Shown piece after piece: positions 40,043 to 51,138 of a stretch of DNA of 64,000 bases (positions within the stretch are counted from its first letter, which is position 1; each line of letters begins with the position of its first letter). The position numbers and the translations under genes are program-made. Source of the DNA: an uncultured delta proteobacterium. Lineage in GTDB: Bacteria > Myxococcota_A > Polyangia > Polyangiales > Polyangiaceae. The notes below the pieces were generated by a model, which had not been told where the DNA came from, ran no database searches, and saw only the letters and a program-made list of their open reading frames with translations. The stretch is from assembly GCA_963841435.1 (NCBI GenBank), contig CAWJCS010000004.1:32001-96000 (forward strand). Direction: 5' to 3'.

Positions 40043-40998
40043 CAGACGATCTTCACGATGGCGACGTAGCCACCGAACCGCACAACGTCGCCGTCCTTCA
40101 GCTCGTGCTTCTTGCCCCGCTCCAGCATCAAATCACCCACGAACGTTCCGTTCGTGCTGCCGATGTCCTCGACCTTGATGCGGCCGGGGCGCGCCGCAGC
40201 CCAAAGGACGGCGTGGCGCGACGACGCCGTGCCGTGCTCGAGCTCGATCTGGGCCCCCGACCCCGCGCCCTTGCGCCCGACGAGCGTCTGACCCTGAAGG
40301 ATCGGGTACGACACGCCGAGCTCGCTACCCTCGTAGCTCACGAGGAAACCCGCGAGCACGCGCGGCGCGTTCGGGTCAACCTGTTCGGGATCGAGCGACG
40401 GCTGTTGGCGCTCCTGAGGGCGGGGCGAGGGAGGCGGTGCTACCGGCACCATCGGCGGCTGCTGCGGACGCTGCGCGCCGTAGTCGTTCGGCATGGCGGG
40501 CGGCGGACTCGTGCCCGGATACTGATTTTGTCCCCACGGGGGCGCGGCCGGCGGGGGCTGCTGGGGAGCGCCGGGATAGGGCGTGCCGTAGCCGCCCTGA
40601 TATCCCGGCTGCGGAGCTTCCTGGCCGCCTGGGTTCGGTCCCACCGTGGCGCCGAACGGGTTCGGTCCCTCGGGCGGTCCGTAGCCTGGTTGCGGGCTCG
40701 GCGCGTAGCCGCCCTGTGGCTGATAACCACCTGGCGCCGGCCGCGGCTGTCCCCACCCCGCGTTCGGATCGCCCTGAGGCGGTGGTTGCTGGGGCGGCGA
40801 GCCATAGCCCCAGTTCGGCTGGCCCTGTGGCGCTGGCTGAGGCGAGCCGTAGCCGCCCGGATTCTGGGGAGCCGGCGCCGGCTGCGGGTTGGCAGCTGGC
40901 TGGGATTGTGACGGCGTTTTCTGAACGGGCGCCCCGCACGACAAGCAAAACTTGTTCGTGGGTTGGTTCTGGGCGCCGCAGCGGGCGCAAACAATCAT
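40042..40998 (-). CDS. Zinc-ribbon / Pro-Gln-rich / FHA domain protein
   Basis: CARCGAQN...FCLSCG, a PQ-rich linker and FHA VGRK..ASSRHA..STNGT. TGATG coupling to the next gene. Confidence 0.9.
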   Translation of the reverse strand: MIVCARCGAQNQPTNKFCLSCGAPVQKTPSQSQPAANPQPAPAPQNPGGYGSPQPAPQGQPNWGYGSPPQQPPPQGDPNAGWGQPRPAPGGYQPQGGYAPSPQPGYGPPEGPNPFGATVGPNPGGQEAPQPGYQGGYGTPYPGAPQQPPPAAPPWGQNQYPGTSPPPAMPNDYGAQRPQQPPMVPVAPPPSPRPQERQQPSLDPEQVDPNAPRVLAGFLVSYEGSELGVSYPILQGQTLVGRKGAGSGAQIELEHGTASSRHAVLWAAARPGRIKVEDIGSTNGTFVGDLMLERGKKHELKDGDVVRFGGYVAIVKIV

Positions 40999-41082
40999 GC
41001 GAAAACTCCGGTCCGCGAGCATTGCCCCAGGCCGCGTCCGGGGCAAGCGCGAGGCAGCATAGCCTCCCCACCCCCTCCGAGC

Positions 41083-41442
41083 CTAGCGGTCCTTCTCGTC
41101 CTGGACGCGGGCGGCTTTGCCGGAGAGGTTCCTGAGGTAAAACAAGCGGCCACGGCGTACGACGCCGCGTGAGACGACCTCGATGCGCTCCAGACGAGGA
41201 GAATGGAGCATGAAAATGCGCTCGACGCCCACGCTGAAGCTCACCTTGCGGACGGTGATCGTGGACCTCACGCCCGCCCGGTGGCGCTTGATGACCACGC
41301 CACGGAAGACCTGCACGCGGAGCTTGTCTCCCTCGACGATCTTGTAGTGAACGGCGATCGTGTCGCCGACTCTGAAGTCCGGGAGATCCTTACGGATTCC
41401 AGCAGCTTCGAGGGCCTGGATCTTGGAAAGCGTGGCGAACAT
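41083..41442 (-). CDS. rplS: 50S ribosomal protein L19
   Basis: [41 protein letters not shown] and [12 protein letters not shown] motifs. Confidence 0.97.
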   Translation of the reverse strand: MFATLSKIQALEAAGIRKDLPDFRVGDTIAVHYKIVEGDKLRVQVFRGVVIKRHRAGVRSTITVRKVSFSVGVERIFMLHSPRLERIEVVSRGVVRRGRLFYLRNLSGKAARVQDEKDR

Positions 41443-41591
41443 CGAGGGGGGCCTCTCTTGGAGAGCGGGCGCGGGATTATGCACCCTCGAGGGGGCCCGT
41501 CAAGCGGATCGGCCTCGGATTTCCCCGCAAGAGCCGCTTTCACGCCCGCTCGGCGGTTGTCTCCGTCGCTGGACCATGGGATGGGCGCTCC

Positions 41592-43887
41592 ATGATCATT
41601 TCTGCTCTGTCTCGTCCACTGCTGCTCTCGGCCGCCGTGCTTGGAGCGGGGTGTATGGCCGGGCCCCAGGCGGGCGCGCCCCCGGCCGGCGCGCCGCAGA
41701 CGATGTCGGCGGTCACGGTGGACCCAGGCCCGCCCACGAGCGCCGCCGGGACACCGTACCAGTGGAAGAACGTCACGATCCTCGGCGGTGGGTTCGTGAC
41801 GGGCGTCGTGTTCAGCCCGGTGACGGCCGGAGTCGTCTACGCGCGCACCGACGTGGGCGGCGCGTACCGCTACGACCCGAAGGCCGAGGTCTGGATCCCC
41901 ATCACCGATCATTTCGATCGGAAGTCGAACTTCATGGGCATCGAGAGCATCGCGGCCGATCCGGTCAACGACGAGAAGGTCTACGCGGCCGTCGGGACGT
42001 ACACGCAATCGTGGGCGGGCAACGGCGCCATCCTGCGCTCCAAGGATCGAGGCAACACCTGGGAGCTGACGGACATGCCCTTCAAGATGGGCGCCAACGA
42101 GAACGGCCGCTCCAACGGCGAACGCCTCGCCATCGATCCCAACCAGCCGGCCATCCTCTATTTCGGCTCGCGCAAAAATGGCCTCTGGCGGAGCGAGGAT
42201 TCGGCCGTCACGTGGAAGAAAGTGGAGAGCTTTCCCATGCAGGAAGACGCAGAGGGCCTCGGCATTCCCTTCGTCGTGTTCGATGCCAAGCGAGGCGCGA
42301 AGGGCAAGCCCACGCCCGTGATCTACGCCGGCGTGTCGCGCACCGACGTGTCGCTGTATCGGAGCACCGACGCCGGCAAGACCTGGAAGCCCGTGCCCAA
42401 GCAGCCGGCGGGGATGATGCCCGCGCACGCCGAGCTCGACGGCGCGGGGATGCTCTACCTTTCCTACGGCAACCTGCCGGGCCCGAGCGACGTGACGGAC
42501 GGCGCCGTCTACAAGCTCGACCCGCGAAGCGGAGCGTTCACCGACATCACGCCACAGAAGCCGAAGAAGGACGACTCGGACAGGTTCGGCTACGCGGGGC
42601 TGTCCGTCAACACCGCTCACCCGGGCACGGTCGTGGTCACGACGATCGACCGCTGGACGAAGGGTGACGAGGCGTATAGGACGACCGACGGCGGCAAGAC
42701 GTGGAAGCCGATGTTCGCCAAGGCCACGTGGGACATCGCCGGAGCGAAGTATCTGTACTGGCATCGCGACAAGCTCGGCGTGCCGCACTGGCTGGGGGAC
42801 ATCGACATCGATCCGTTCAACCCCGCGCACGTCATGTTCGTCACCGGTGCGGGCCTTTGGCGCACGACCGACGCGACCGAGGTCGACAGCGACAAACCGG
42901 TGCACTTTCGCTTCGCGCCCCAGGGGCTCGAGGAAACCGTCGTCAGCGTGCTCGCGAGCCCGCCCGCAGGCCCGCCGCTTTTCAGCGGCATGGGTGACAT
43001 CTGCGGCTTCCGCCACGACGACCTCGCCACGGCGCCGAAGGACGGCATGTACTCGGACCCCGTTTGCAACGGCACGACGGGCCTCGACTTCGCGGAGCTA
43101 GCGCCGGATCTCGTCGTGCGCGTCGGAACGGTGTGGGGCGAAGGCAAGCACGGCGCGTACTCCGAGGACGGCGGTGTGAGCTGGAAAGCGTTCGGCAGCG
43201 AGCCCAAAAACGGCAGCACGGGGGGCAACGTCGGCATCAGCGCCGACGGCAAGACCGTGGTGTGGGTGATCAAGAAGGAAGTGCCCGTGGTCTCGAGCGA
43301 TTGGGGCCGCACGTGGACAGCGATCGAGGGCCTGCCCGTGCCCGTCGACGCGCCCGACTGGGTCCCCGTGAATCTGCGCATCGCTGCTGATCGCGTGAAC
43401 CCGCAAAAGTTCTACGTATACGACAGCGCCGAGGGACGCATCTACACGAGCAGCGACGGCGCACGCCATTTCCAGGCGACCGCGAGCAACATGAGCGGCC
43501 TGCCCGACTACGCTCGCTCGTCCGGCTCGATCCGCGCCGTGCCCGGCCTCGAGGGGCACGTGTGGCTCAGCACCGGCAAGGCGGTCTTTCGCTCGACCGA
43601 TTCTGGCGCGAGCTTCACCGAGCTCTCGAACGTCCAGGAAAGCCACGCCATCGGCTTCGGCAAGGCAGGCCCGCGGCGCGCCCATCCGGCGGCCTATCTC
43701 GTCGGCACCGTGAGTGACGTTCTACGGATTCTTCCGCTCCGATGACGCGGGCGGGACGTGGGTGCGCATCAACGACAATCGCCATCAGTTCGGGTTCGCG
43801 GGCGTCATCACGGGTGACGCGCGCGTGTTCGGACGCGTGTACGTCGGCACGGGCGGTCGCGGCATCCTGGTCGGTACGCCGCGCTGA
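41592..43887 (+). CDS. GH74 xyloglucanase-like lipoprotein (frameshift near C-terminus)
   Basis: YQWKNV..GGGFVTG, YARTDVGG, GRSNGERLAIDP, GLEET and MGDICGF motifs. An extra base near 43722 restores GFFRSDDAGGTWVRIND...VYVGTGGRGI. Confidence 0.92.
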
Positions 43888-43977
43888 CGGTCCGATCGTC
43901 AGCGGGCGCGTCGCGCTCGTCGGGTTGCGTCCGGCGTCCGTCGGGCAGGAGCCTTCTGCTATGCTCGTCGCGCATCG

Positions 43978-45577
43978 ATGAGGACGGAGCGCCTGGCCCT
44001 GGTCGCGTCCCTCGCTCTCGCGCTCGCGTGCGGTGAGAGCGCCGGCGAGGCGCCCGCTGCCAGCGGCACGGGCAACGGGTCGGGTGGCAGCGCCGGGACG
44101 GGGCAGGGCGGAACGTTCGACGGGGGGCGGTCAGGTGGGGGCGGGCGGCTCGGCGGGCGGTGCGGGCGGCGCCGGTCAGGCGGGCGGTGCCGGCGCGTCG
44201 GGCGCGACGAACGAGATCGTGACCTTTAGCAACGGTGACTTCTGGAACGACACCACGGGCAAGCACATCGAGGCGCACGGCGCCGGGTTCCTCCGCGCCG
44301 GCGACACCTGGTACTGGTTCGGCGAAGACAAGTCGGGAAACTCGAGCAATTTTTTGGCCGTCAACTGCTACGCGTCGAAAGACCTCGTCACCTGGGAATT
44401 TCAGAACGCCGTCGTCACGCGGAGCACCGCGTCCGAGCTCGCGGCCGCCGACCGCATCATCGAGCGCCCGAAGGTCGTCTACAACGACACCACGAAGAAG
44501 TTCGTGATGTGGCTCCACTTCGAGGGCGCAAACTACGCCGAGGCGGCCGCCGGCGTGCTCACGAGCGACACCGTCGACGGCGACTACCACTACGAAAGCT
44601 CGTTCCGCCCGAAGAACCACATGTCGCGCGACGACAACCTGTTCAAGGACGACGACGGCAAGGCGTACTTCGTGTCGGCCGCCAACGAAAACGCCGACAT
44701 GATCCTCTACGAGCTCAGCGCGGATTACCTGAGCATCGCGCGCCAGCTCGTGACGCTCTGGCCCGGCAGCTACCGGGAGGCGCCCGCGCTCTTCAAGACC
44801 GGCGGGCGCTATTTTTTGGTCACGTCCGCGGCGACCGGCTGGGACCCGAACCAGGCAAGATACGCTTCCGCAACGTCGATCGACGGCCCCTGGTCGTCGC
44901 TCTCGGATCTCGGCGACGGCACCACCTACGACACGCAGCCGAGCTACGTCATCCCCGTGGTGGGCAGCGAAGCGACGACGTTCGTCTACGCGGGTGACCG
45001 CTGGAAGGACCCCGAGCTCCGCGACTCGAAGTACATCTGGCTGCCGCTCGTCGTCGAGGGCTCCACCCTGCGGCTCGACTTCCAAGAAACGTGGCAGCTG
45101 GATCTGGGCACGGGGCGCTTCGCCGCCGTCGACGAATTCGTGCCGCGCACGGACTGGAAGCTCGTGTTCGTCGACAGCGAGGAAACCAACGGCGAGGACG
45201 GCCGCGCGACGAACGCCTTCGACGACTCGAGCTCCACCATCTGGCACACCGAATGGCAGGACGCGCAGCCGCCCCCCCCGCACGAGGTCCAGATCGACCT
45301 CGGCGCGAGCTACGCGCTCACCGCCTTTCGCTACCTGCCGCGTCAGGACAAGGACGCAAACGGCATGGTCAAGGACTACGCCTTTTACGTCAGCGACTCG
45401 ACGTCGAGCTTCGGGACGCCCGTCGCGAGCGGCGCCTTCGGCAGCGGGCGCGGCGCCACGCGCGTCGATTTCCCCGAGAAAATCGGGCGCTACGTGCGCT
45501 TCGTCGCCAAGAGCGAACAGGCGGACAAGGCGTACACCAGCATGGCCGAGCTCGACGTCGTCGGGACGCGGCAGTGA
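43978..45577 (+). CDS. GH43 (exo-beta-1,3-galactanase-like) + F5/8 type C (CBM32) lipoprotein (frameshift in Gly-rich linker)
   Basis: Lipobox LALAC, IEAHGAG, YWFGED, IERPKV, SRDDNLFKDDDG and REAPALFK. C-terminal AFDD..TIWHT..IDLG..YLPRQD. Confidence 0.88.
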
Positions 45578-45586
45578 CGGAGGCAG

Positions 45587-47239
45587 TTGGCGTTCGAGCG
45601 TGCCACCGTGCCCTTCGTGGCCTCTCGCGTCCTCTACGACGCCGAAGGGCTCCTCGTCGTCGATAAGCCGCCGGGCCTCGTCGTCCACGGCGGCGACGAA
45701 GCCCTGTCGGGTGACCTCGTGTCACGGCTTGCGGCGCACAGGCGCGCGCAGGGCCGCGACGACTACCTCGGCGTGCACCAGCGACTCGACGCGCCCACCT
45801 CGGGCGTGATGCTGTTCACGACGGCGCGCGAGAGGAACGCCGAGGTCGCGGCGGCCGTCGCCGAGCACAGGCTCGGACGCCGCTACGTCGCGGGCGTCAC
45901 GCTGCGCTCGACGGCGCTCGCCGCGCGGCTCGCGGCGGGACCCGAGCGGCTCGAGCACCGGCTCGCCACCGACCGGGGCGAGACACGTGTCGTCGCGGCG
46001 GGCGGCGTAAAGGCCGCGGCTCGCGTCGAGCTCGTCGAGCGGGTCGGTGCGCGCGCGCTCGTCGCGCTCGAGCCCGAGACGGGGCGCACCCATCAACTCC
46101 GCGTGCAGCTCGCCCACGAGGGTGCGCCCATCGGCGGCGACGCCGACTACGGCGGCGATCGCGCCCCGCGGCTCCTGCTCCATTCGAGCGAGCTGACGCT
46201 CGGCGAGCTGACGTTCGAGACCGCGCCGCCCGGGGCGCTCGCGCGCTGGGTGCGCGGCGAACCGGCGTCGCTCGGCGACGCGCGCGAGCTCGCGCGGGCC
46301 GTCGAGGACGCCGCCGTGCTCCGGGCGCCGCTCGCGAGCTTCACGGACGCGTACCGGCTAGCGAACGAGCTGGGCGACGGCTTGCCCGGCGTCACGATCG
46401 ACCGCTACGGCGACTTTGCCGTGCTCGTCGCCACGAGCGACGAGGCGGGTCGGCGCGCTTCGGAAATCGCCGAGGTGCTGCTGGAGCTCGGCGCGCGCGG
46501 CGTGTACCTGAAGAGGCGTCGCAAGCTCGACGCGCGGCGCGCCGACGCCACGCTCGCCCCCGAAGCACCGCTCGCGGGCGAGCCGGCGCCCGAACGGCTG
46601 CTCGTCTCCGAGCGCGGCGTCCGCCTCTGGGTCGAGCTCGGGCGTGGCCTCTCGACGGGGCTCTTCGTCGATCAGCGGGAAAACAGGCGCCGCGTGCGCG
46701 AGCTCGCGAAGGGCGCGCGCGTCTTGAACCTGTTTTGTTACACCTCGAGCTTCGGCGTCGCGGCGGCGCTCGGCGGCGCGCGCGAGGTCGTGAGCGTCGA
46801 CAGCTCGGCGCCCGCGCTCGCCCGTGCGCGCGAGAACTTCGGCGTTAACGGGGTCGGCGACTCCGCGCACCGTTTCGAGCACGCTGACGCGCTGGACTGG
46901 CTCGCGCGCGCGGCCCGCCGCGGCACGCGTTTCGACATCGTCGTGCTCGACCCACCGACCTTCTCGAGCTCGGCGGGGGGCGCGCCCTTCGCGGTTGGTG
47001 AGCACTACGCCGGCGCCGCGGCGCGCGCGCTCGGCGTCCTCGCTCCCGGTGGTCGTCTGTTCGCCGTCACGAACCACAGAAAGACGAGCCGCGGGCGGCT
47101 GCGCGAGATCGTGCGGCGCGCGGCGGCCGAGGCCCGCGTTGACGTGGCTCAGCTCAAGGATCTGCCCGCGGCGTTCGACTGCCCGGACGGCCCCGACGGC
47201 CCCGTGCCGTCGAAGAGCGTGCTACTCACGCGAAAATGA
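45587..47239 (+). CDS. Fusion of RluA-family pseudouridine synthase and RlmI/RlmK-like SAM methyltransferase
   Basis: N-half DKPPGL, QRLDAPTSG, TGRTHQLR, PIGGD. C-half GLPGVTIDRYG, TGLFVDQRENR, VLNLFCYT, VVLDPPTF. Confidence 0.9.
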   Translation: MAFERATVPFVASRVLYDAEGLLVVDKPPGLVVHGGDEALSGDLVSRLAAHRRAQGRDDYLGVHQRLDAPTSGVMLFTTARERNAEVAAAVAEHRLGRRYVAGVTLRSTALAARLAAGPERLEHRLATDRGETRVVAAGGVKAAARVELVERVGARALVALEPETGRTHQLRVQLAHEGAPIGGDADYGGDRAPRLLLHSSELTLGELTFETAPPGALARWVRGEPASLGDARELARAVEDAAVLRAPLASFTDAYRLANELGDGLPGVTIDRYGDFAVLVATSDEAGRRASEIAEVLLELGARGVYLKRRRKLDARRADATLAPEAPLAGEPAPERLLVSERGVRLWVELGRGLSTGLFVDQRENRRRVRELAKGARVLNLFCYTSSFGVAAALGGAREVVSVDSSAPALARARENFGVNGVGDSAHRFEHADALDWLARAARRGTRFDIVVLDPPTFSSSAGGAPFAVGEHYAGAAARALGVLAPGGRLFAVTNHRKTSRGRLREIVRRAAAEARVDVAQLKDLPAAFDCPDGPDGPVPSKSVLLTRK

Positions 47240-47844
47240 CGAAAAACCCCTATCGCGGCGCCGATGCTCGCACGCGCGAGGCCAAGGCGAAGGGCTATCC
47301 CGCGCGCAGCGTCTTCAAGCTCGAGGAGATCGACCGCCGCGTGCGGCTGCTGCGCGCGGGCGACCGCGTGCTCGACCTCGGCGCCGCCCCGGGCTCCTGG
47401 TCGCTCTACGCGGCCACGCGCGTGGGGCCGCGCGGCCTTTTGCTCGCCGTCGACCGAACGCCCATCGAGCAGGCCTTCCCCGAAAATGTCCGCGTCGTCA
47501 CCGGTGACGCGCTCACGCTCGAGACCGCAGCGCTCGCCGAGCACGCGCCGTACGACGTCGTCCTCTCCGACATGGCGCCCAACACGTCGGGCTCGAAATC
47601 GGCCGACCAGGCGCGAAGCTTCGAGCTTTTCATGCGGGCGCTCGAGGTGGCCGTCGAGCTCGTCCGCCCGGGGGGGCACTTCGTCGGCAAGCTCTTCATG
47701 AGCAACGATTTTCAGGCCGCGCGCAGCGCGGTGACGGCGGCGTTCGAGCGCTGTCAGGTGATCCGCCCGGCCGGAACGCGCAGCCAGAGCTCGGAGGTGT
47801 TCCTCGTCGGGCTCGCTCGCCGTGCGCCCGCCCTCGGCACATGA
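47236..47844 (+). CDS. rlmE: 23S rRNA Um2552 methyltransferase RlmE/FtsJ
   Basis: ARSVFKLEEID, VLDLGAAPGSW, VLSDMAPN, FVGKLF and SSEVFLVG motifs. Confidence 0.93.
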   Translation: MTKNPYRGADARTREAKAKGYPARSVFKLEEIDRRVRLLRAGDRVLDLGAAPGSWSLYAATRVGPRGLLLAVDRTPIEQAFPENVRVVTGDALTLETAALAEHAPYDVVLSDMAPNTSGSKSADQARSFELFMRALEVAVELVRPGGHFVGKLFMSNDFQAARSAVTAAFERCQVIRPAGTRSQSSEVFLVGLARRAPALGT

Positions 47845-47896
47845 CGCCTGCGCTCTGGTCTCTTTCCGTTCCCGCGCAGCGTGCCACAATGAGCCC

Positions 47897-48505
47897 ATGC
47901 AAGGCGTTGACGACGTGCTCTCTTTCTGGTTCGAGCCGAAACCCGACACGACGGAAGCCGTCGCCAAGCGCAGCAAGTTCTGGTTCGCCGGCGACCCGGT
48001 GGTCGACCAGGAGATCAAGGCTCGCTTCCGCCCGCTCGTCGACGCGGCGCGCGCCGGTGAGCTCGGCGACTGGGCGGCGACGGTGCGCGGCCGTCTCGCG
48101 CTCACGATCCTGCTCGATCAGTTCACCCGCAACGTCTTTCGCGGCAGTCCCGAAGCGTTCGCCAAGGACCCGCTTGCGCTCGAGATTGTGAGGAGTGGCT
48201 GGGACGCTGGCCTGTTCGACGCCTGCGACGCCCTCGAGCGCGTGTTTCTCGCGCTGCCGTTTTTACACGCCGAAGATCTCGAAGTGCAGAAGCGCGGTGT
48301 CGCGCTCGAGATTGGATTGGTGGCGGGCTGCCCCGAGCACTACAAAAGCTTTCTGATCTCCGCCGTCAACTCCGCGCGCCGCCACCTCGACGTCATAGCG
48401 CGCTTCGGCCGCTTCCCGCATCGGAACGCCGTGCTCGGCCGCGCGTCGACCGCGGAAGAGCTCGCGTACCTCGTGTACCTGAAGGACGCCGGGCAGTGGC
48501 TTTGA
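47897..48505 (+). CDS. DUF924 family protein
   Basis: VLSFWF, ILLDQFTRNVFRG, LPFLHAED and RFGRFPHRNAVLGRAST motifs. Confidence 0.93.
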   Translation: MQGVDDVLSFWFEPKPDTTEAVAKRSKFWFAGDPVVDQEIKARFRPLVDAARAGELGDWAATVRGRLALTILLDQFTRNVFRGSPEAFAKDPLALEIVRSGWDAGLFDACDALERVFLALPFLHAEDLEVQKRGVALEIGLVAGCPEHYKSFLISAVNSARRHLDVIARFGRFPHRNAVLGRASTAEELAYLVYLKDAGQWL

Positions 48506-48825
48506 ACGCCAAAATGCGCTGACCTGCGCGAGTTTGGGGGTGGAAATGGCGGGCGCGGCCCGGCGGGGCAGGCGCCGTCGTGTCGCGCCGTTCCACCCGG
48601 GGCGTGCCGCGCCGTCCATCACCCGTGGGAGTTATGCTGTGAGCGGCCGCCGTCGGGTTGGCCGGCACTTCGTGGTCGGGTGAAGGCAAACTTTGCGCGA
48701 AGAAGCTGCCGTGGCACCTCGACGGCGCCGCGCCCCGCGCCGAACCCGGCGATTGTGTTGGTGATGTAACGAGCACGTCGCGGGGCGAGAGCGCTTTTTC
48801 GAAAAGGCGTGTATCGTGGTGTTCG

Positions 48826-49395
48826 ATGCCGACGCACAAGCTCTGGATCGAGCACACCGAGCGTGCCGCTTGGCAGTCCGTCGATGCACTGCGCGACAAG
48901 CTCGCCGAAGCCGAGCAGCGCGCGGCCCGCCTGTCGCCGCCCGTCGAGGGTTGGCCCGCGCTCCTTCAGGCGCTCGACGCGCTGCACGCCGAGCAGAAGC
49001 TCGCGGGCGAGACTCACGCCGAGCGCGTCCGCGCCCTCGTGAGCAAGCTCGGGAGCGCGCTCGTCAGGGTGCGCGAGCTCGAGGCGGAGCTCGAACGCTC
49101 GCGTGCGACGTCAACCGTGCCGCGCTTCACCGGCAGTGAGCCCGTGCCGCGGCGCTCGCTTCCCGACGACGAGCGCGGCGAGCCGTCGCGTGGCCTCGAG
49201 CGGCTCTCGCGCGAGATCGCGCGCCGCCACAGCGAGCTTCGTCAGGGGCGCTTCGATCCCGAGGGAACGCTCGCCGACGTCGAGTCGCGCCTTTCGGACC
49301 TCGTCGATCTCGACCCGGGCGAGCTCTTCGACGCCGCCGCCGACCTTTCGGCTCTCGCGCTCGCCGTCCGGCGGGCCGCCTCGAGCGACGACTAA
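48826..49395 (+). CDS. Hypothetical coiled-coil protein
   Basis: GC3-biased ORF with helical heptad segments. Start uncertain. Confidence 0.65.
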   Translation: MPTHKLWIEHTERAAWQSVDALRDKLAEAEQRAARLSPPVEGWPALLQALDALHAEQKLAGETHAERVRALVSKLGSALVRVRELEAELERSRATSTVPRFTGSEPVPRRSLPDDERGEPSRGLERLSREIARRHSELRQGRFDPEGTLADVESRLSDLVDLDPGELFDAAADLSALALAVRRAASSDD

Positions 49396-49446
49396 AAAAG
49401 CCCGAGAAATTGGGCCGGCGCACGGGCCGGGCGGTAGGGCTCGTGG

Positions 49447-51085
49447 GTGGCCCGCCCCCTTCATCGAGCCGCGGCTCGGCCGCTCTTCTTGCTCGGCCTG
49501 GCCGTCGCCTGCTCGGGCACGGAGCCGCCGCTTTCGCGGGCTGTGCGGGCCAGCAGTCTCTTCGGTGGCGAGGGCCAGCGTGACCCGAACCCGGGCGCCG
49601 TCCGTGCCGAGCGCGCCTTCACGAGAACGCCGGATGTCGCCGCGCACCGAGCTCCGGCCGCGTCCATCGCCCGACCACGCTCCGCCGTCACGGACGCGCT
49701 CACCGCGGCGGCCCCCACCGGGACACCCGTGGTTCCGGCGACGGCTCCGGCCGCCGAAGTCGCGGGTGGCGGGGGCCCCGAGCATCCCGCAGCCGCGTCG
49801 CCCGAGCTCGTCGCCACGGCGCGCGAGGTCATCGTTTACGAGGCGCCCACGCGCCGCTCGGAGAAGGTCGGGTACTTGCGGCTCGGCGCCCGCGTCGCCC
49901 GCGACGCGGAGCCCCGCGGACGCGAGGGCTGCCGGGGCGGCTGGTACCGGATCGCGCCCTACGGCTACGTGTGTGCCGGCCCCGCGGCGAGCCTCGATGC
50001 CGAGGAACCGCTCGGCGCGCTGGCGTCGCGTCGCCCTGACCGCGAGGCGGCGCTCCCCTATGCCTACGGGCGTTCCAAGGGTGTGCCGCCCCCGCTCTAC
50101 CGGCGACTGCCGACCGCCGAGCAACAGCGGGCACTCGAAGGGCGCGTCGGCGCCTTGGACCCGACTTTCGGTGATCTCGCGCCCAGCCCCCTGCCGGAGA
50201 GTCTCGCGCGGGGCGAGACTGTGCCGGCACCGCTCGGGTTCGCCCGCGAGTCGGCGAACGCTCCCGTGCGTGCGCTGCCGAACGCGGGGTTCGCCTTGCT
50301 CGAACGTCTACGAGCACGACGGGCGTCGCTTTGGCCTCACGACCGAGCTCGAGCTCGTGCCCCTCGATCGTCTCGCGCGCGTTTTACCGAGCGAATTTCA
50401 TGGCGTGACGCTCGATGCGACGACGACGCTTCCGGTCGCGTTCGTGCGCGCTCGGCACGGCATGCTCTACGAGCCCCTCGAGCCCGTCGGCGTCAAGGCG
50501 CTGCGTGCTCTGTCGTACCGCGAAGCCTTCGCCGTCGCGAAGGAAGCGCGCCTCATCGGCGGGCTGCGTTTCCTGGTCACGGCCTCGGGCGCGCTCGTCC
50601 GTGCCGACGACGTGCAGGTCGTCGAACGACCCGAGGCGCTGCCGCCCTGGGCCACGGGCTCGCGCAGCTGGATCCACGTCTCGATCGGCGCACAGAGCCT
50701 GGTGCTCTACTCCGGCGCGACGCCGGTCTACGTCACGCTGGTCTCGACCGGGTCGGGCCTCATGGGTGACCCGAAGGAGACGCACGCCACGCCGCGTGGG
50801 GAGTTCTTGATCCACACCAAGCACGTCGCCGTCACGATGAGCGGCGAGGAAGTGGGCGACGAGTTCGACCTGGGCGACGTGCCGTACGTCCAGTACTTCA
50901 CCGAGGGCTATGCCCTCCACGCCGCCTACTGGCACGACGCGTTCGGCACGGCGAAGAGCCACGGCTGCGTGAATCTCTCGCCGCTCGACGCGCGCGCCCT
51001 CTTCCACGCCACGGAGCCCGCCGTGCCACAGGCCTGGCACGGCACCTACTCGCGAACCGGGACGCTCGTTTCAATCACGGGCTGA
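49447..51085 (+). CDS. Second L,D-transpeptidase family lipoprotein (frameshifted)
   Basis: Lipobox LAVAC and GYLRLGA..GCRGGWYRIAPYGYVC. After one extra base near 50305 the frame continues to ALHAAYWH..SHGCVNLS. Confidence 0.85.
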
Positions 51086-51138
51086 CGCTCGCCTCGCGCT
51101 GAGCGATCTCGGAAGAACGGATCGAGGCTAGCGTCGCG

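Noticed and set aside
49394-49420. Terminator-like AAAAAAGCCC...GGGC
   Set aside because: The stem is only about 4-5 bp and no minus-strand gene ends here.
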